NCBI GenBank assembly: GCA_039818205.1
Contig: JBCBUK010000008.1
Coordinates: forward strand, 96,001-160,000
Length of the DNA: 64,000 bases
Origin: Verrucomicrobiota bacterium
GTDB lineage: Bacteria > Verrucomicrobiota > Verrucomicrobiia > Opitutales > Cerasicoccaceae
Direction: 5' to 3'
Shown in pieces: positions 31,130-41,348 of the stretch. The notes beneath the pieces are model-generated. The model worked only from the letters and a program-made list of their open reading frames with translations. It was not told the origin of the DNA and did no database searches. The number at the start of each line of letters is the position of its first letter. Within the stretch, counting starts at the first letter, position 1. The position numbers were made by a program, and so were the translations under genes.

Positions 31130-33571
31130 GGACTCCTCGATTGAAGGATGACCATTGGGCTCGGATTCTCGAGGTTCGGTGATCGTTTCATTCTCACCCT
31201 CGTCAATTGCCAGTTCCGTTTGCAGATTGGAAGATTCACCTTCTTTCGCGGCAAAGTCTTCGATCCGGTTTTTCGGGCCAGCGACAAGCAAAACATCTCT
31301 GGCCTGAACCAGTTCATCAGCCGGAGGCGAGACAATACGGCGTTTGCCGCGTTGAATCCCAAGCACCGTGATATGGTGTTCCTGGCGCAGTCGCGAACTT
31401 GCGATCGTTCGCCCGACTAGCTCCGATTGCCCGTCGATATAGACCTTCTCGATGACGAACTTTTGATCGGGAATCTCGCCATTGGCAACGACCGTGCGAT
31501 CCGCATCGAGCATGCGCACAGCAGCACTCGTTTGTTCTTCAGTTCCATAGAGAATCAGTTGGTCTTCCGGGAAAAGAGGAACGTGCGGGGATGGGTCAAA
31601 ACGGGTGACCCCACCCCGTGAAATCGCTATGATTTGTGCTCCCGTTTCCGGCCGAAGGCGTAACTCCGATAACTCGCAGCCAATCGCGACTGAGGTCTTT
31701 GATAGTGCATGCTCTACAATCTTTGCATTCCAGGCATTTGGGCCCGCAATTTCACGGAGGGCTGCCTCTCGGGCTTGTTGGTCACTTTGCTGAGAATGCT
31801 GCTGAAAACTTTGATAGAACAGAAACTCGATGCGGGTGTTGACGCGGTTGATTGATCGCCAAAACAGGATCAACAAAAAACCGCAGAGGACGATAAATAC
31901 ACCGAGAGTGATCCCCGATGGGAAAAAGGCTGAGGCCGCGGAGAGATAAAGACCGCCGAATAAAACCAGGACCACACTCAAGATCATTGTCTTAAACAGG
32001 CTCTTCATTCCGACGGTCAGAAACTTGCGGTCTCGCGAATCTCCAATCACGGCGTCGGTCACCAGAATGATGAGCTTGTCAAGGTTAGCGAGAATGGCAT
32101 TCAGAAACGGTAAACAGAGTGCTGCGGCGAGGATCCAAATTGCCAGTTGCGTTAGATCTTCATAGCCACGAATCGCCTGCCAATTCTCCAATGAATCCGA
32201 GCCGACATAGGCTAATGCAATAATGGCATTCAGCACAAAGAAATAGAAGACGACGTGTGAAAGCGGTCGACGGGCCAACCGGGCGAACTGACTGCGTCCA
32301 ATGTAGCGGCCCACGGCATCCAGCATACTCTCATAAATTCGGGTAGTTCGGCGCAACACGTCTGGGCAATGATCCGTAATGGTTGCATAGAGCTGCTGAG
32401 GCTTCGCGTTAATCAGCGGCATGACCATGTAGGTGACGATGGCGAGACCGACGGTCATACTCGTCAGTGCCTCGCTCGTTGATCCCAAGGCATAGCCCGT
32501 TGCGGCTAAGATGAAACCGAACTCCCCCACACTGGCTTTTGGCAGTGCGGCTTTAAATCCCGTTTCCGGGCTCGCACCTCCAAGGAAAAAGCCAAGCCAA
32601 CACGCGCCTAGTTTGCCGACAATGACCAGGAGCGCAATGCCGACCACTGCTAAGAAATTTTCTAAGATCCAAAAGGGATCAATCAACATACCAATCGTGA
32701 CAAAAAACACTGCGCAAAACAGATCGCGGAACGGCTCGGTCACCCGTTCTATTTCTTTGGATAGTGAGCTCTGGGCGAGAATCGCCCCGGCTAGGAATGC
32801 TCCCAGCGCCACTGAAAGGTGTAAATAGTCCGCGAACCATCCGACAGCCAAAACCGTTGCGACTGAGACAAGGGTAATCAGCTCGACGCTACCTGCCTGC
32901 TTCAAAAATTCAGTAAGTCGACTCGCGACTAATCGCCCGAAGAAATAAACACCGACCACGAAAACACCGATCACGAAAATCGTTTCCGGAGCGCGTGCCC
33001 ATTCAAACTCACCCGACAAGCCAACTCCGCTCAATATCACGAGCAATAAGACTGCAACAAGGTCCTCGAATACCAGTATGCCAACGGCTAACTGAGCCTG
33101 GACACTATTTAGTCCACCGCGATCTCGCAACAGGCGAATTGCGACCATCGAAGCCGAGTTGGTCAAAACTGCGCCGAGAAAAATGCTTTCAATCGGAGAA
33201 TACCCGACCAAGGGCCCACAAAGCATACCAATGAAGAAGGCTAAGGCTGTTTGGAGGGAGACCGCAATCAGCGCGGGCCAGAAAACCCGCTGGACCCGAG
33301 CCATGTCAAAACCCAAGCCGATCGTGAACATCAGGAAAACGACCCCGAGCTGGCTCAGCTGATTGATTGACTTCGCGTCTTTGAGGTTCGGCAAATCCGG
33401 CACTGCTGGACCGATCAATAGACCTGCCATGAGAAACCCAAGAATTACTGGAAGTCTCAGTATATGAAAAACAACCGTCACGCCAGCAGCTACGGAAACC
33501 ACCAGCGCGAGATCTCGCATGATCGCACCCTCTTCCACAGAGTCGAAGATTGGCGTTAGATGATTGGCCAT
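31106..33571 (-). CDS. CPA2 cation:proton antiporter with two C-terminal RCK_C (TrkA-C) domains
   Basis: GLLIGP, LMFTIGL, ILVFEDL, ALGAFLAG, FFVTIG; two LR...IIAI.RG RCK_C repeats. Confidence 0.9.
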   Translation of the reverse strand: MANHLTPIFDSVEEGAIMRDLALVVSVAAGVTVVFHILRLPVILGFLMAGLLIGPAVPDLPNLKDAKSINQLSQLGVVFLMFTIGLGFDMARVQRVFWPALIAVSLQTALAFFIGMLCGPLVGYSPIESIFLGAVLTNSASMVAIRLLRDRGGLNSVQAQLAVGILVFEDLVAVLLLVILSGVGLSGEFEWARAPETIFVIGVFVVGVYFFGRLVASRLTEFLKQAGSVELITLVSVATVLAVGWFADYLHLSVALGAFLAGAILAQSSLSKEIERVTEPFRDLFCAVFFVTIGMLIDPFWILENFLAVVGIALLVIVGKLGACWLGFFLGGASPETGFKAALPKASVGEFGFILAATGYALGSTSEALTSMTVGLAIVTYMVMPLINAKPQQLYATITDHCPDVLRRTTRIYESMLDAVGRYIGRSQFARLARRPLSHVVFYFFVLNAIIALAYVGSDSLENWQAIRGYEDLTQLAIWILAAALCLPFLNAILANLDKLIILVTDAVIGDSRDRKFLTVGMKSLFKTMILSVVLVLFGGLYLSAASAFFPSGITLGVFIVLCGFLLILFWRSINRVNTRIEFLFYQSFQQHSQQSDQQAREAALREIAGPNAWNAKIVEHALSKTSVAIGCELSELRLRPETGAQIIAISRGGVTRFDPSPHVPLFPEDQLILYGTEEQTSAAVRMLDADRTVVANGEIPDQKFVIEKVYIDGQSELVGRTIASSRLRQEHHITVLGIQRGKRRIVSPPADELVQARDVLLVAGPKNRIEDFAAKEGESSNLQTELAIDEGENETITEPRESEPNGHPSIEESSDGKGAD

Positions 33572-33703
33572 TCAACGCTGAACTGCGGGTCTCCAGCTAC
33601 GAATTCGTCAATTTGAAGCTCAATTTGTCTCCAAATGGAGATAATGGTGCCCGTAGGGACGTTTCGTTTTGACAAATTCCGAAATCGCGTGCCTTTATCG
33701 ATC

Positions 33704-34711
33704 GTGCTGAATTTTTTCACCAACGACATTGGGATCGACTTGGGCACCGCCAACTCCCTCGTATTTGTCAGGGACAAGGGTATTGTCCTGCGGGAGCCTT
33801 CGGTGGTTGCTGTCTACAACAACACGAAGAAGGTCCGAGCAGTCGGAATTGAGGCGAAGCGGATGCTTGGACGAACTCCAGGCAACATCACCGCCCTTCG
33901 CCCCATGAAAGATGGCGTCATTGCTGATTTTGAAATCACCGAAGCAATGCTTCGCCACTTCATTCAGAAGGTTGCCCACAACACCAAGTTTGTTCCCCCC
34001 CGGGTCGTCGTTGCGGTTCCTAGTGGAATCACTGAGGTGGAGCGCCGCGCGGTTAAGGAATCAGCGATTCATGCTGGTGCCCGGGAGGTGCTTCTCTTGG
34101 AAGAACCGATGGCTGCCGCTATTGGTGTTGGTCTCCCGATCGAAGAACCAGCCGCAAACATGATCGTCGATATTGGCGGCGGCACGACTGAGGTCGCCAT
34201 TATTTCCCTGGCTGGGGTCGTCTTTACGCGTTCGCTCCGCGTTGGTGGTGACGAAATGGACAATGCGATCATTGCCTACATGAAGCGCGCTTACAATTTG
34301 ATGATTGGTGAACGCACCGCGGAAGAAATCAAGATCCGCGTGGGTTCCGCTTATTCGCTGGAAGAAGAACTTTCGATGGAAGTGAAGGGTCGCGATTCCG
34401 TGGCCGGTCTTCCAAAAACATTGCACATAACCTCCCAGGAAGTCCGTGAGGCCTTGGCCGATGTTTTCAATTCGATCATTGAAGTGGTTCGTTCCGCCCT
34501 TGAGCGCTGTCCACCAGAGCTCTCGGCTGACTTAGTAGACCGGGGAATTGTTCTCGCTGGTGGTGGTTCAATGATTCGGAACCTCGACAAACTGATCAGC
34601 GAAGCTACGGGATTACCCGTGATTCTCGCGGAGGATCCTCTGTCCGCCGTGGCGAACGGAACTGGCATTGTCCTACAGGACTTGAGCTGGTGGCTACGAG
34701 ATGCCTCCTAG
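33704..34711 (+). CDS. mreB: Rod shape-determining actin homolog MreB
   Basis: [32 protein letters not shown]; probable GTG start. Confidence 0.97.
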   Translation: MLNFFTNDIGIDLGTANSLVFVRDKGIVLREPSVVAVYNNTKKVRAVGIEAKRMLGRTPGNITALRPMKDGVIADFEITEAMLRHFIQKVAHNTKFVPPRVVVAVPSGITEVERRAVKESAIHAGAREVLLLEEPMAAAIGVGLPIEEPAANMIVDIGGGTTEVAIISLAGVVFTRSLRVGGDEMDNAIIAYMKRAYNLMIGERTAEEIKIRVGSAYSLEEELSMEVKGRDSVAGLPKTLHITSQEVREALADVFNSIIEVVRSALERCPPELSADLVDRGIVLAGGGSMIRNLDKLISEATGLPVILAEDPLSAVANGTGIVLQDLSWWLRDAS

Positions 34712-34715
34712 CGGG

Positions 34716-34751
34716 TGTCGTTACTGGCCAACTAGTCAGCCAGTAGTGACA
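34716..34751 (+). other. 13-bp RNA hairpin immediately after mreB
   Basis: TGTCGTTACTGGC-N10-GCCAGTAGTGACA with two G-U pairs. Confidence 0.55.
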
Positions 34752-34923
34752 GCCATTCACCCGTTCGACTAGCGGATCTCCCGGTCGGTATGTGGTTCCG
34801 CATTTTGCTCTTCGCCCCGGTCAACTCAATCGAGCTCCTGCGTAATTGAGCAATTATGGCTTGTCTAAAACGAGGGGAAGGACCTTCTTGAATGTTTCAA
34901 ACCACCAATAATTGCAATCGTCT

Positions 34924-35784
34924 ATGAAATTCCTTCGTCAGCTGAAGCCAATCATTGTGCTGCTGCTGTTTTTAGCGATCTGGTGGTTTCTGCCGACGGT
35001 CATCAAAAGAGTGGGCAAATCGGGATTCTACGAATTCCAGGCTCCTGTGATTGCGGTCCAGGGCTATGCTAAGGATCTGCAGTCATATTGGGCTTTGCGG
35101 ACGCGGACAAATCGAGAACTGATCGAAGCTGGACGGGATCTAGCACGGATCAATTCTACATACGAAATCGCGCGGCAGGAAAACAGTGTAAAAGATGAAG
35201 AGATTGCCCGCTTGGAGCGCTTGCTAAACTTACCCTCTCGTGCCGAATACCATTATGAAGTCTCCCGTGTGGCCCAGCGCGATATTTCCGCGTGGTGGCA
35301 TCAGATGATCATCCGGAAGGGCAAAAATTATAACATCCCAGTCGGGGCTGCTGTCATTTACGGCGGTGGTGTTGTTGGCCGGGTTCGGGAGGTGCACAGC
35401 TACACCGCGGTGGTGGAACTCGTGAGTAGCCCCGGTTTTAGAATGGCAGCAAACGTTGTTGGGGAGGCTGCACCGGTCACCTATATTGGAGTGCCCAACC
35501 CCCCGTTTAGTCCGCCTCGTGGCGAAGCGTTAAATGTACCTCCGACCATTTCAGTATCCCCAACCGAACCCCGCAAGCTAGTTTCGTCGGAGCTCGGCGG
35601 TATCTTTCCGGCCGGATTGACCATCGGTGAGATTACGGCGCTTGAGCCTGGGTCGGATGGCTATTTTCAGAAGGGAACCGTTCGCCTCAGCCTACAGCTT
35701 GCTTCTCTCCGCGAAGTTGCCGTGGTTATTCCTTACGGCCAATCCCTCGCTTTTGAGGAGGATATCGAAGACGATGGAAATTGA
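34924..35784 (+). CDS. mreC: Rod shape-determining protein MreC
   Basis: TM plus coiled coil, IIRKG, GVVGRV, SSELGGIFPAGLTIG; follows mreB. Confidence 0.9.
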   Translation: MKFLRQLKPIIVLLLFLAIWWFLPTVIKRVGKSGFYEFQAPVIAVQGYAKDLQSYWALRTRTNRELIEAGRDLARINSTYEIARQENSVKDEEIARLERLLNLPSRAEYHYEVSRVAQRDISAWWHQMIIRKGKNYNIPVGAAVIYGGGVVGRVREVHSYTAVVELVSSPGFRMAANVVGEAAPVTYIGVPNPPFSPPRGEALNVPPTISVSPTEPRKLVSSELGGIFPAGLTIGEITALEPGSDGYFQKGTVRLSLQLASLREVAVVIPYGQSLAFEEDIEDDGN

Positions 35785-36304
35785 TCTACGTTGGCCGGTG
35801 ATCTTTCTCGCGAATGCGTTGCTGATCGCCTTGGTACGCATGGTCAATGACGCATTGGCTCCGTACGGCATTTATTTAGTCCTGACCGCACTTCTGCTAA
35901 TTGTGCCGGCACTCCATCTACCGCCACGATGGGGAATACTCCTTTCCTTCGGCACTGCCCTCCTCTACGGTGCGCCATACCTCGATGACATCACGCCCCT
36001 GATGTTCGTCTTCGGATTGGGTTACGTAATTTTTCGTCAATTCGGCAGCCAACTTCGACGGTTCCGTCGGGCGCAGTTGCTAACTTCTTTGGTAGTGGCG
36101 AATACCTTGCTCGTCATTTTGCAAGGGTTCCTCTTCTCGGATACGAATCCTGGATCAAACCTCGTCTATATGCAACGGGTGGTCAGTGACTCGCTTTTGT
36201 CCGCTGTGGTTCTCTATCCGGTCGGGTATTGGTTCATCGACCTACAATATACCTGCCTCGTATTACTCGGAGTCGATCCACGAGCAGATGATCCGCCGGA
36301 GTGA
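35774..36304 (+). CDS. mreD: Probable rod shape-determining membrane protein MreD
   Basis: 176-aa polytopic membrane protein overlapping the mreC stop; call rests mainly on position and size. Confidence 0.65.
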   Translation: MEIDLRWPVIFLANALLIALVRMVNDALAPYGIYLVLTALLLIVPALHLPPRWGILLSFGTALLYGAPYLDDITPLMFVFGLGYVIFRQFGSQLRRFRRAQLLTSLVVANTLLVILQGFLFSDTNPGSNLVYMQRVVSDSLLSAVVLYPVGYWFIDLQYTCLVLLGVDPRADDPPE

Positions 36305-36368
36305 TATTGCACGTGTCTAGTCAGCCTTCAAACTTGACCTGCAGAAACTAGGAATTTATTTCTGGTAT

Positions 36369-38891
36369 ATGCCCCGCTTATATCTCCTTGTTGTATTATT
36401 GGTTTCTTTTCTAAACGAATCAACGGCCACCTGGTACTATGTTTCTCCGGATGGAAGTGATTTTGGCCCCGGTTCTTCGAGTGAGCCCTTCGCCACCATT
36501 CAAAAAGCCGCTTCGGTGATGAGCTCGGGCGACGTCTGCCAGGTGCGCGCTGGCGTTTATCGCGAAAGTGTCGATGTGAATGTCAACAGCGTGGCTTTCG
36601 TCGCCGAGGAAGGTGCTCGAGTTGTCCTATCCGCATTTGACCCCGTCGAGATCTGGAACGTGCATAGTGGCTCAATCTACGTCGCTCAATTGCCCTCAGA
36701 TCTCGGTGACGAAAATCTCGTCATGTATAATGGCCAGATGATGCAATTGGCCCGCTGGCCCAATAAGACGAATTTGAACCCGTTTGATATTGAAGCCTAT
36801 GCGGTCACGGGTGGATCTTCAACCAATCTCGCCCACCCGGATATTCCCGATTGGGCCTGGGAGAATGGCGGAGTTGTTTTCTTTTTGGGTAAGAACCGTT
36901 GGACCTCCTGGCGAAGACCGATCACCGGTGCAAATGCTGGGAACGTCTTTTTCAGCACGCTTCCGGACACCTGGGACTACGCAAGCTTTCACAATCCAAG
37001 CGGCGGTGGCGAATTCTACCTGCAGAACATTCTGGAAGCGCTCGATACCGAGGGAGAGTGGTATATCGACCGGGCCCAGAATCGGGTTTACTTCTGGCCA
37101 CCCGGTGGCGGAACACCATCTGACGGCGAGACTTTGGTTCGGATGCGCACCGAAGCCTTTGACCTGTCGAATCGCACCGGTGTCTCGATTGAAGGCTTTA
37201 TCATTGAAGGCGGCAGTATAAATCTCAATTCGGCCAGCTTTTGCCGTATCCTGAATTCGCGAATCTACTACGGAAATCACACGATTGCCTCCGACTCATC
37301 GGCAAACGTTAGCCAAGCTACCATTCGTTTGAATGGCGGCTCCAACGACAATTTAATCCAAGGGAATGACATTCAGTGGGGCGCGGCCAATGGTGTTATT
37401 CTCAACGGTTCAAACAACCGACTCGACAATAACTACATTGGAAATTTCAACTACCTGGCCAGCTACGCCTGCCCGGTCGAGCTCGCGGGCGCCAACGCAA
37501 TCATCCGCAACGAAATTTTCAATGGGGGGCGGGATCTCATCCGCCGAGGAGGCAGCGGCGCGGAGATCGGCTACAATGACTTACACCATTCGAATCTGAT
37601 CAACGATGACTGTGGCGCGATATATACCTGTTGTGGAAGTTTCGGATACACGCGAATCCATCATAACTGGATCCATGATCTAAACTCGCGGGATACGGTC
37701 TTCGCTAAGTACAAGGCCACCGGCATCTATCTGGATAACTCGAGTAAGCAGGTTGTGGTCGACCACAACGTCATCTGGAATGTCGAATGGGGCTGCATCA
37801 CGATTAATTGGGAAGGCGAAGACCTTCTCATTTACAACAACACGCTATGGAGCAATGAGGGTCCAAATAGTTCGTCGATGGCGCGTTGGGTAAACGGCTT
37901 TAGCCTGATCAATGTCCAACTCTACAACACCCTGGCAAATCAGAATGAGTTCCACTCTACTGACATGCAAAACACGTGCAGCCTATCCTTAGATGCGGAC
38001 CCCTTCGAAGACTTTGCGAATCAAAATTTCGTCCCCTTGGCTGGCAGTTGCCCTGAGGATGCCGGGATTAATATCCCGGGCTACACAACGATCATTGTTG
38101 ATGGCGAACCAGATATCGGGGCATACGAGCGAGGATCAACACCGTGGATTCCTGGTCCGACGTGGGAGATTGATGAACTGTTTGATTCATCAACGATGCT
38201 GGTATCGGAATTCGAGTCGGCACCAAATGTTTTGAAGCTAATGGGAACCGGCCTGACCCCCGGAGTTCGCTACGGTTTATGGCAATCAACCGACCTATTA
38301 ACTTGGGATATCGTTAGTCAATACATGGCTCCTCCCGGTGGAAGCTACGACATCGAAGAGGAAATCAATGGCAGTGGTAAGGAATTTTATCGGATGACTT
38401 GGCCTTTCATCGAACCCGGAACTGGCTTGATCAATTTCGGCGAGTTCGACGAGAACAACCACAATGATCAAGTATCGATAACCGGAGTGTTGACTCGCGG
38501 GCTACCGGACGGGCTAACGGCGACGATTGGCGGCGATAGCCAAGGCTTTGGAGTGAGTTCAAACAACGCCTTCCCCTCGCCGGTAAGCGCACCCACTCTC
38601 TTTGTCTTTGGTGATGGAACCGGAAGTAGTCTGCAGTTTAACACGGATGTCGAAGTGCCTTCCCTATGGGTAACGTCGCCCAGTTGGGCATTGGCGAATG
38701 ACCCGAATGGGGAGCAAAAGATCACGGGAAAAAAAGGTGGCGTTGTCGTCTGGTCGTTCACGAACACCGATAGCAGCACCGATTTTTTCGAGGTGACCGC
38801 GGGTGCTGGATTGGCAATAGACGAACTGGTAGTCTACCCCAAATGGATCGGTGTCGATAATATCACCGTTGAGTATGCGGCTGATATTTAA
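36369..38891 (+). CDS. Secreted right-handed beta-helix protein (DUF1565-type, putative carbohydrate-active)
   Basis: Signal peptide; YYVSPDGSD...PFATIQKAA, ARWPN, LDTEGEWY, DCGAIY, GIYLDN, Asn-ladder repeats, PDIGAYE. Confidence 0.8.
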   Translation: MPRLYLLVVLLVSFLNESTATWYYVSPDGSDFGPGSSSEPFATIQKAASVMSSGDVCQVRAGVYRESVDVNVNSVAFVAEEGARVVLSAFDPVEIWNVHSGSIYVAQLPSDLGDENLVMYNGQMMQLARWPNKTNLNPFDIEAYAVTGGSSTNLAHPDIPDWAWENGGVVFFLGKNRWTSWRRPITGANAGNVFFSTLPDTWDYASFHNPSGGGEFYLQNILEALDTEGEWYIDRAQNRVYFWPPGGGTPSDGETLVRMRTEAFDLSNRTGVSIEGFIIEGGSINLNSASFCRILNSRIYYGNHTIASDSSANVSQATIRLNGGSNDNLIQGNDIQWGAANGVILNGSNNRLDNNYIGNFNYLASYACPVELAGANAIIRNEIFNGGRDLIRRGGSGAEIGYNDLHHSNLINDDCGAIYTCCGSFGYTRIHHNWIHDLNSRDTVFAKYKATGIYLDNSSKQVVVDHNVIWNVEWGCITINWEGEDLLIYNNTLWSNEGPNSSSMARWVNGFSLINVQLYNTLANQNEFHSTDMQNTCSLSLDADPFEDFANQNFVPLAGSCPEDAGINIPGYTTIIVDGEPDIGAYERGSTPWIPGPTWEIDELFDSSTMLVSEFESAPNVLKLMGTGLTPGVRYGLWQSTDLLTWDIVSQYMAPPGGSYDIEEEINGSGKEFYRMTWPFIEPGTGLINFGEFDENNHNDQVSITGVLTRGLPDGLTATIGGDSQGFGVSSNNAFPSPVSAPTLFVFGDGTGSSLQFNTDVEVPSLWVTSPSWALANDPNGEQKITGKKGGVVVWSFTNTDSSTDFFEVTAGAGLAIDELVVYPKWIGVDNITVEYAADI

Positions 38892-39058
38892 CGCCTATGT
38901 GGCCTCCATTGCCGAATCATTGAAATATTGGTAAGGTAGGAAGCCCTAACACCGGGTTTAGTTAGCTAATAAGCGGTGGTCATTAAGGCTACGTTAATGA
39001 TCATTGTGTTAGGCTAGGCGCAAAACCAAACGATGCACACTTGTAAGAATTCGTAGCC

Positions 39059-39283
39059 ATGAGTCACCGATCAATAGATATATCGCCAGCTAGCCGGCGA
39101 AACGAAAAAGCTGTGGGCTTTAACCCGGTCAACTTTATTCGAAAAGATTCCTACCGTCTTCTAATTGGCCTCGTGGTGTTGGCGCTACTGTGGTTGTTCA
39201 TTACCACAACAAGCCAGTCCAACACCGGAGCCACCCAACTAGAAACTGAGGAAGAACCAGTAACCGTCTTTGAGGAGAAATAG
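39059..39283 (+). CDS. Small hypothetical single-pass membrane protein
   Basis: 74 aa, ATG start, one TM (LLIGLVVLALLWLFI), acidic C-terminus. Confidence 0.55.
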   Translation: MSHRSIDISPASRRNEKAVGFNPVNFIRKDSYRLLIGLVVLALLWLFITTTSQSNTGATQLETEEEPVTVFEEK

Positions 39284-39304
39284 CTGTAAGCGAAGTCGTC
39301 CGCT

Positions 39305-39664
39305 TTATGATGCTTGTTCCTGAATTGATAAACTTTTAGCAAAAAGCCAGGCCTGAAAAATCGGGATCAACAACATCGCCTGAAGCCAAGTTAGACAGCC
39401 GCACAATAGTTCACTGTAAGGGGACAACATGGCGAAGCCAATTGGCACCAAGCCAATGATCGCCAGAAACAAGGCCCACGGAATCATTCGTCGCGCCCCA
39501 TACTCGTTGATCCGGTACCAATTCTCCTCACTGGAAAAGCTTTCGCGAAATCGGAAACCATACCACCGATTCGGCCCAATTTTATGCGCAACAAGGGGTT
39601 TACTCAGCAAGACGATGGCGATTCCGGTCACACTATAGCAGAGCCCAATGACGAAATTGATCAT
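39305..39664 (-). CDS. SdpI/YhfL family membrane protein
   Basis: GPNRWYGFRFRESFSSEENWYRIN motif between TM helices. Confidence 0.8.
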   Translation of the reverse strand: MINFVIGLCYSVTGIAIVLLSKPLVAHKIGPNRWYGFRFRESFSSEENWYRINEYGARRMIPWALFLAIIGLVPIGFAMLSPYSELLCGCLTWLQAMLLIPIFQAWLFAKSLSIQEQAS

Positions 39665-39733
39665 GCTATTATTTTAGCATACAAAATTCCAGCGTCCAGT
39701 TCGATAGCGCAATTTCTTTGTCACCAAACGGTT

Positions 39734-39766
39734 GAGCCTGATACCGAATACAGCAGTATCAGGCTC
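39734..39766 (-). terminator. Candidate terminator/3' hairpin of the decarboxylase operon
   Basis: Perfect 11-bp stem GAGCCTGATAC-N11-GTATCAGGCTC, 32 nt past the CoA-transferase stop; weak U-tract. Confidence 0.55.
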
Positions 39767-39798
39767 CGGTCTTTATGACCCAACCGAACGACAAAAAA

Positions 39799-41307
39799 TC
39801 AAGCGCAGCCGCATGACCAATCAACCTTGCGCATGTCCCCCTTGCTCAAGAAGGCTTGGTGCATTGAGTAGGCCAAAGCCAGACTCTGAGGCGTGTGCCC
39901 GTCTTTGACGGATTCCATGTATCGCGTTAGTTCGTCTCGGTATTCTGGGTTCGAACACTTGTCGATGATCGCCAATGCGCGCTCGTGCGGATCTTTGCCC
40001 CGGAGGTCAGCAATGCCTTGGTCGGTGATAACGACCTGAACGCTATGCTCACTATGATCGAGGTGACTCACAAGCGGAACAATGGTGCTAATGGCTCCGC
40101 CTTTCGCCACTGACGGGCACGTGAAAATCGAAATGAAGGCATTGCGGGTGAAATCACCGGATCCTCCAATGCCATTCATCAGGTCCTTGCCCATCACGTG
40201 AGTGCTATTGACGTTGCCAAAGATATCGAGCTCGATGGCGGTATTGATGGATATGATTCCCAGCCGCCGGACGATCTCTGGGTGATTCGAGATTTCTTGC
40301 GGTCGAAGTAGCATACGGTCCTTGAAAAACGAAAGATCCTGATAGACCTCGTTGAGCATATCCGGGCTCAGTGTCAGTGACGTTGCGCTACCAAATTTGA
40401 TTTTGTCTTCACGAATCAAGCCGATCACTGAGTCTTGGATAACCTCGGAATACATCTCGAACGCAGGGATGTCTGGGTGGCTCCCCATCGCTCCGAGTAC
40501 CGCATTCGCGACATTGCCCACACCGGACTGAATCGGAAGGAAACCTTCCGGTATTCGTCCGACCGCAAGTTCTTCGGCCAGGAACTTCGCAACATTGTCA
40601 CCAATGCGCAAGGTTGCTTCATCGGGTTCTTTAAACTGGCCGACTTCGTCGGGAAGATTGGTTCGCACAATCCCGGCAATTTTTGATGGGTCGACTTTAA
40701 GCACCTCAGATCCAATTCGCCCAGAGCAATCAGTCAGCGGAATTGCTTCGCGATGCGGTGGATCCAAGGGCTCATAAATGTCGTGAAGCCCACGAAGTTG
40801 CTTTGGGTGTGCTTCATTGATTTCGATAAGAATTTTGTCGGCGACGCGGCAAAAAGTCGGAGTTGCCCCAACGGAAGTGGTCAATACGATCTCGCCGTCG
40901 GCAGAAACATCGCAGGCTTCGACTACCGCAAACTTAAAACCTCCAAGGAAGCCATACCTCACATTCTGAGGCAGCATGGACAGGTGCATATCAAAGAAGC
41001 GGGTTTTACCGGCATTGATCGACTTCCGCAAAAATCGGTCTGATTGATACGGAGTGCGCCAGGCAACGGCCTCTGCGCGTGCGAGTTCACCATCCAGTGA
41101 ATCACCAGTCGAGGCACCAGTTACCACCCCTATCTTGAACGGGCGACCGCCGTCGTGTTCGGCCCTAGCCCGTTGGGCAAGGGCTCGGGGGATCGCCTTG
41201 ACCGCGCCAGCTGGTGTGAAACCGCTGAAGCCAATCGTGTCCCCATCGTTGATCATTGCTGCAGCCTCTTCGGCTGATATTTCAGGAATTGCAGTCATTG
41301 TCGCCAT
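39799..41307 (-). CDS. scpC: Succinate CoA-transferase (propionyl-CoA:succinate CoA-transferase, ScpC/YgfH-like)
   Basis: FSGFTPAG, TGASTG, PIQSGVGN, YSEVIQD, ISNHPE, NGIGGSGDF. Confidence 0.88.
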   Translation of the reverse strand: MATMTAIPEISAEEAAAMINDGDTIGFSGFTPAGAVKAIPRALAQRARAEHDGGRPFKIGVVTGASTGDSLDGELARAEAVAWRTPYQSDRFLRKSINAGKTRFFDMHLSMLPQNVRYGFLGGFKFAVVEACDVSADGEIVLTTSVGATPTFCRVADKILIEINEAHPKQLRGLHDIYEPLDPPHREAIPLTDCSGRIGSEVLKVDPSKIAGIVRTNLPDEVGQFKEPDEATLRIGDNVAKFLAEELAVGRIPEGFLPIQSGVGNVANAVLGAMGSHPDIPAFEMYSEVIQDSVIGLIREDKIKFGSATSLTLSPDMLNEVYQDLSFFKDRMLLRPQEISNHPEIVRRLGIISINTAIELDIFGNVNSTHVMGKDLMNGIGGSGDFTRNAFISIFTCPSVAKGGAISTIVPLVSHLDHSEHSVQVVITDQGIADLRGKDPHERALAIIDKCSNPEYRDELTRYMESVKDGHTPQSLALAYSMHQAFLSKGDMRKVDWSCGCA

Positions 41308-41348
41308 GAAATTTAGGGGTTTGTCGTCGAATAATTATGTAATGAATC

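Noticed and set aside
39016..39030. GGCGCAAAACC resembling part of a c-di-GMP-I riboswitch
   Set aside because: Upstream GGCAAA and GNRA tetraloop stem are missing
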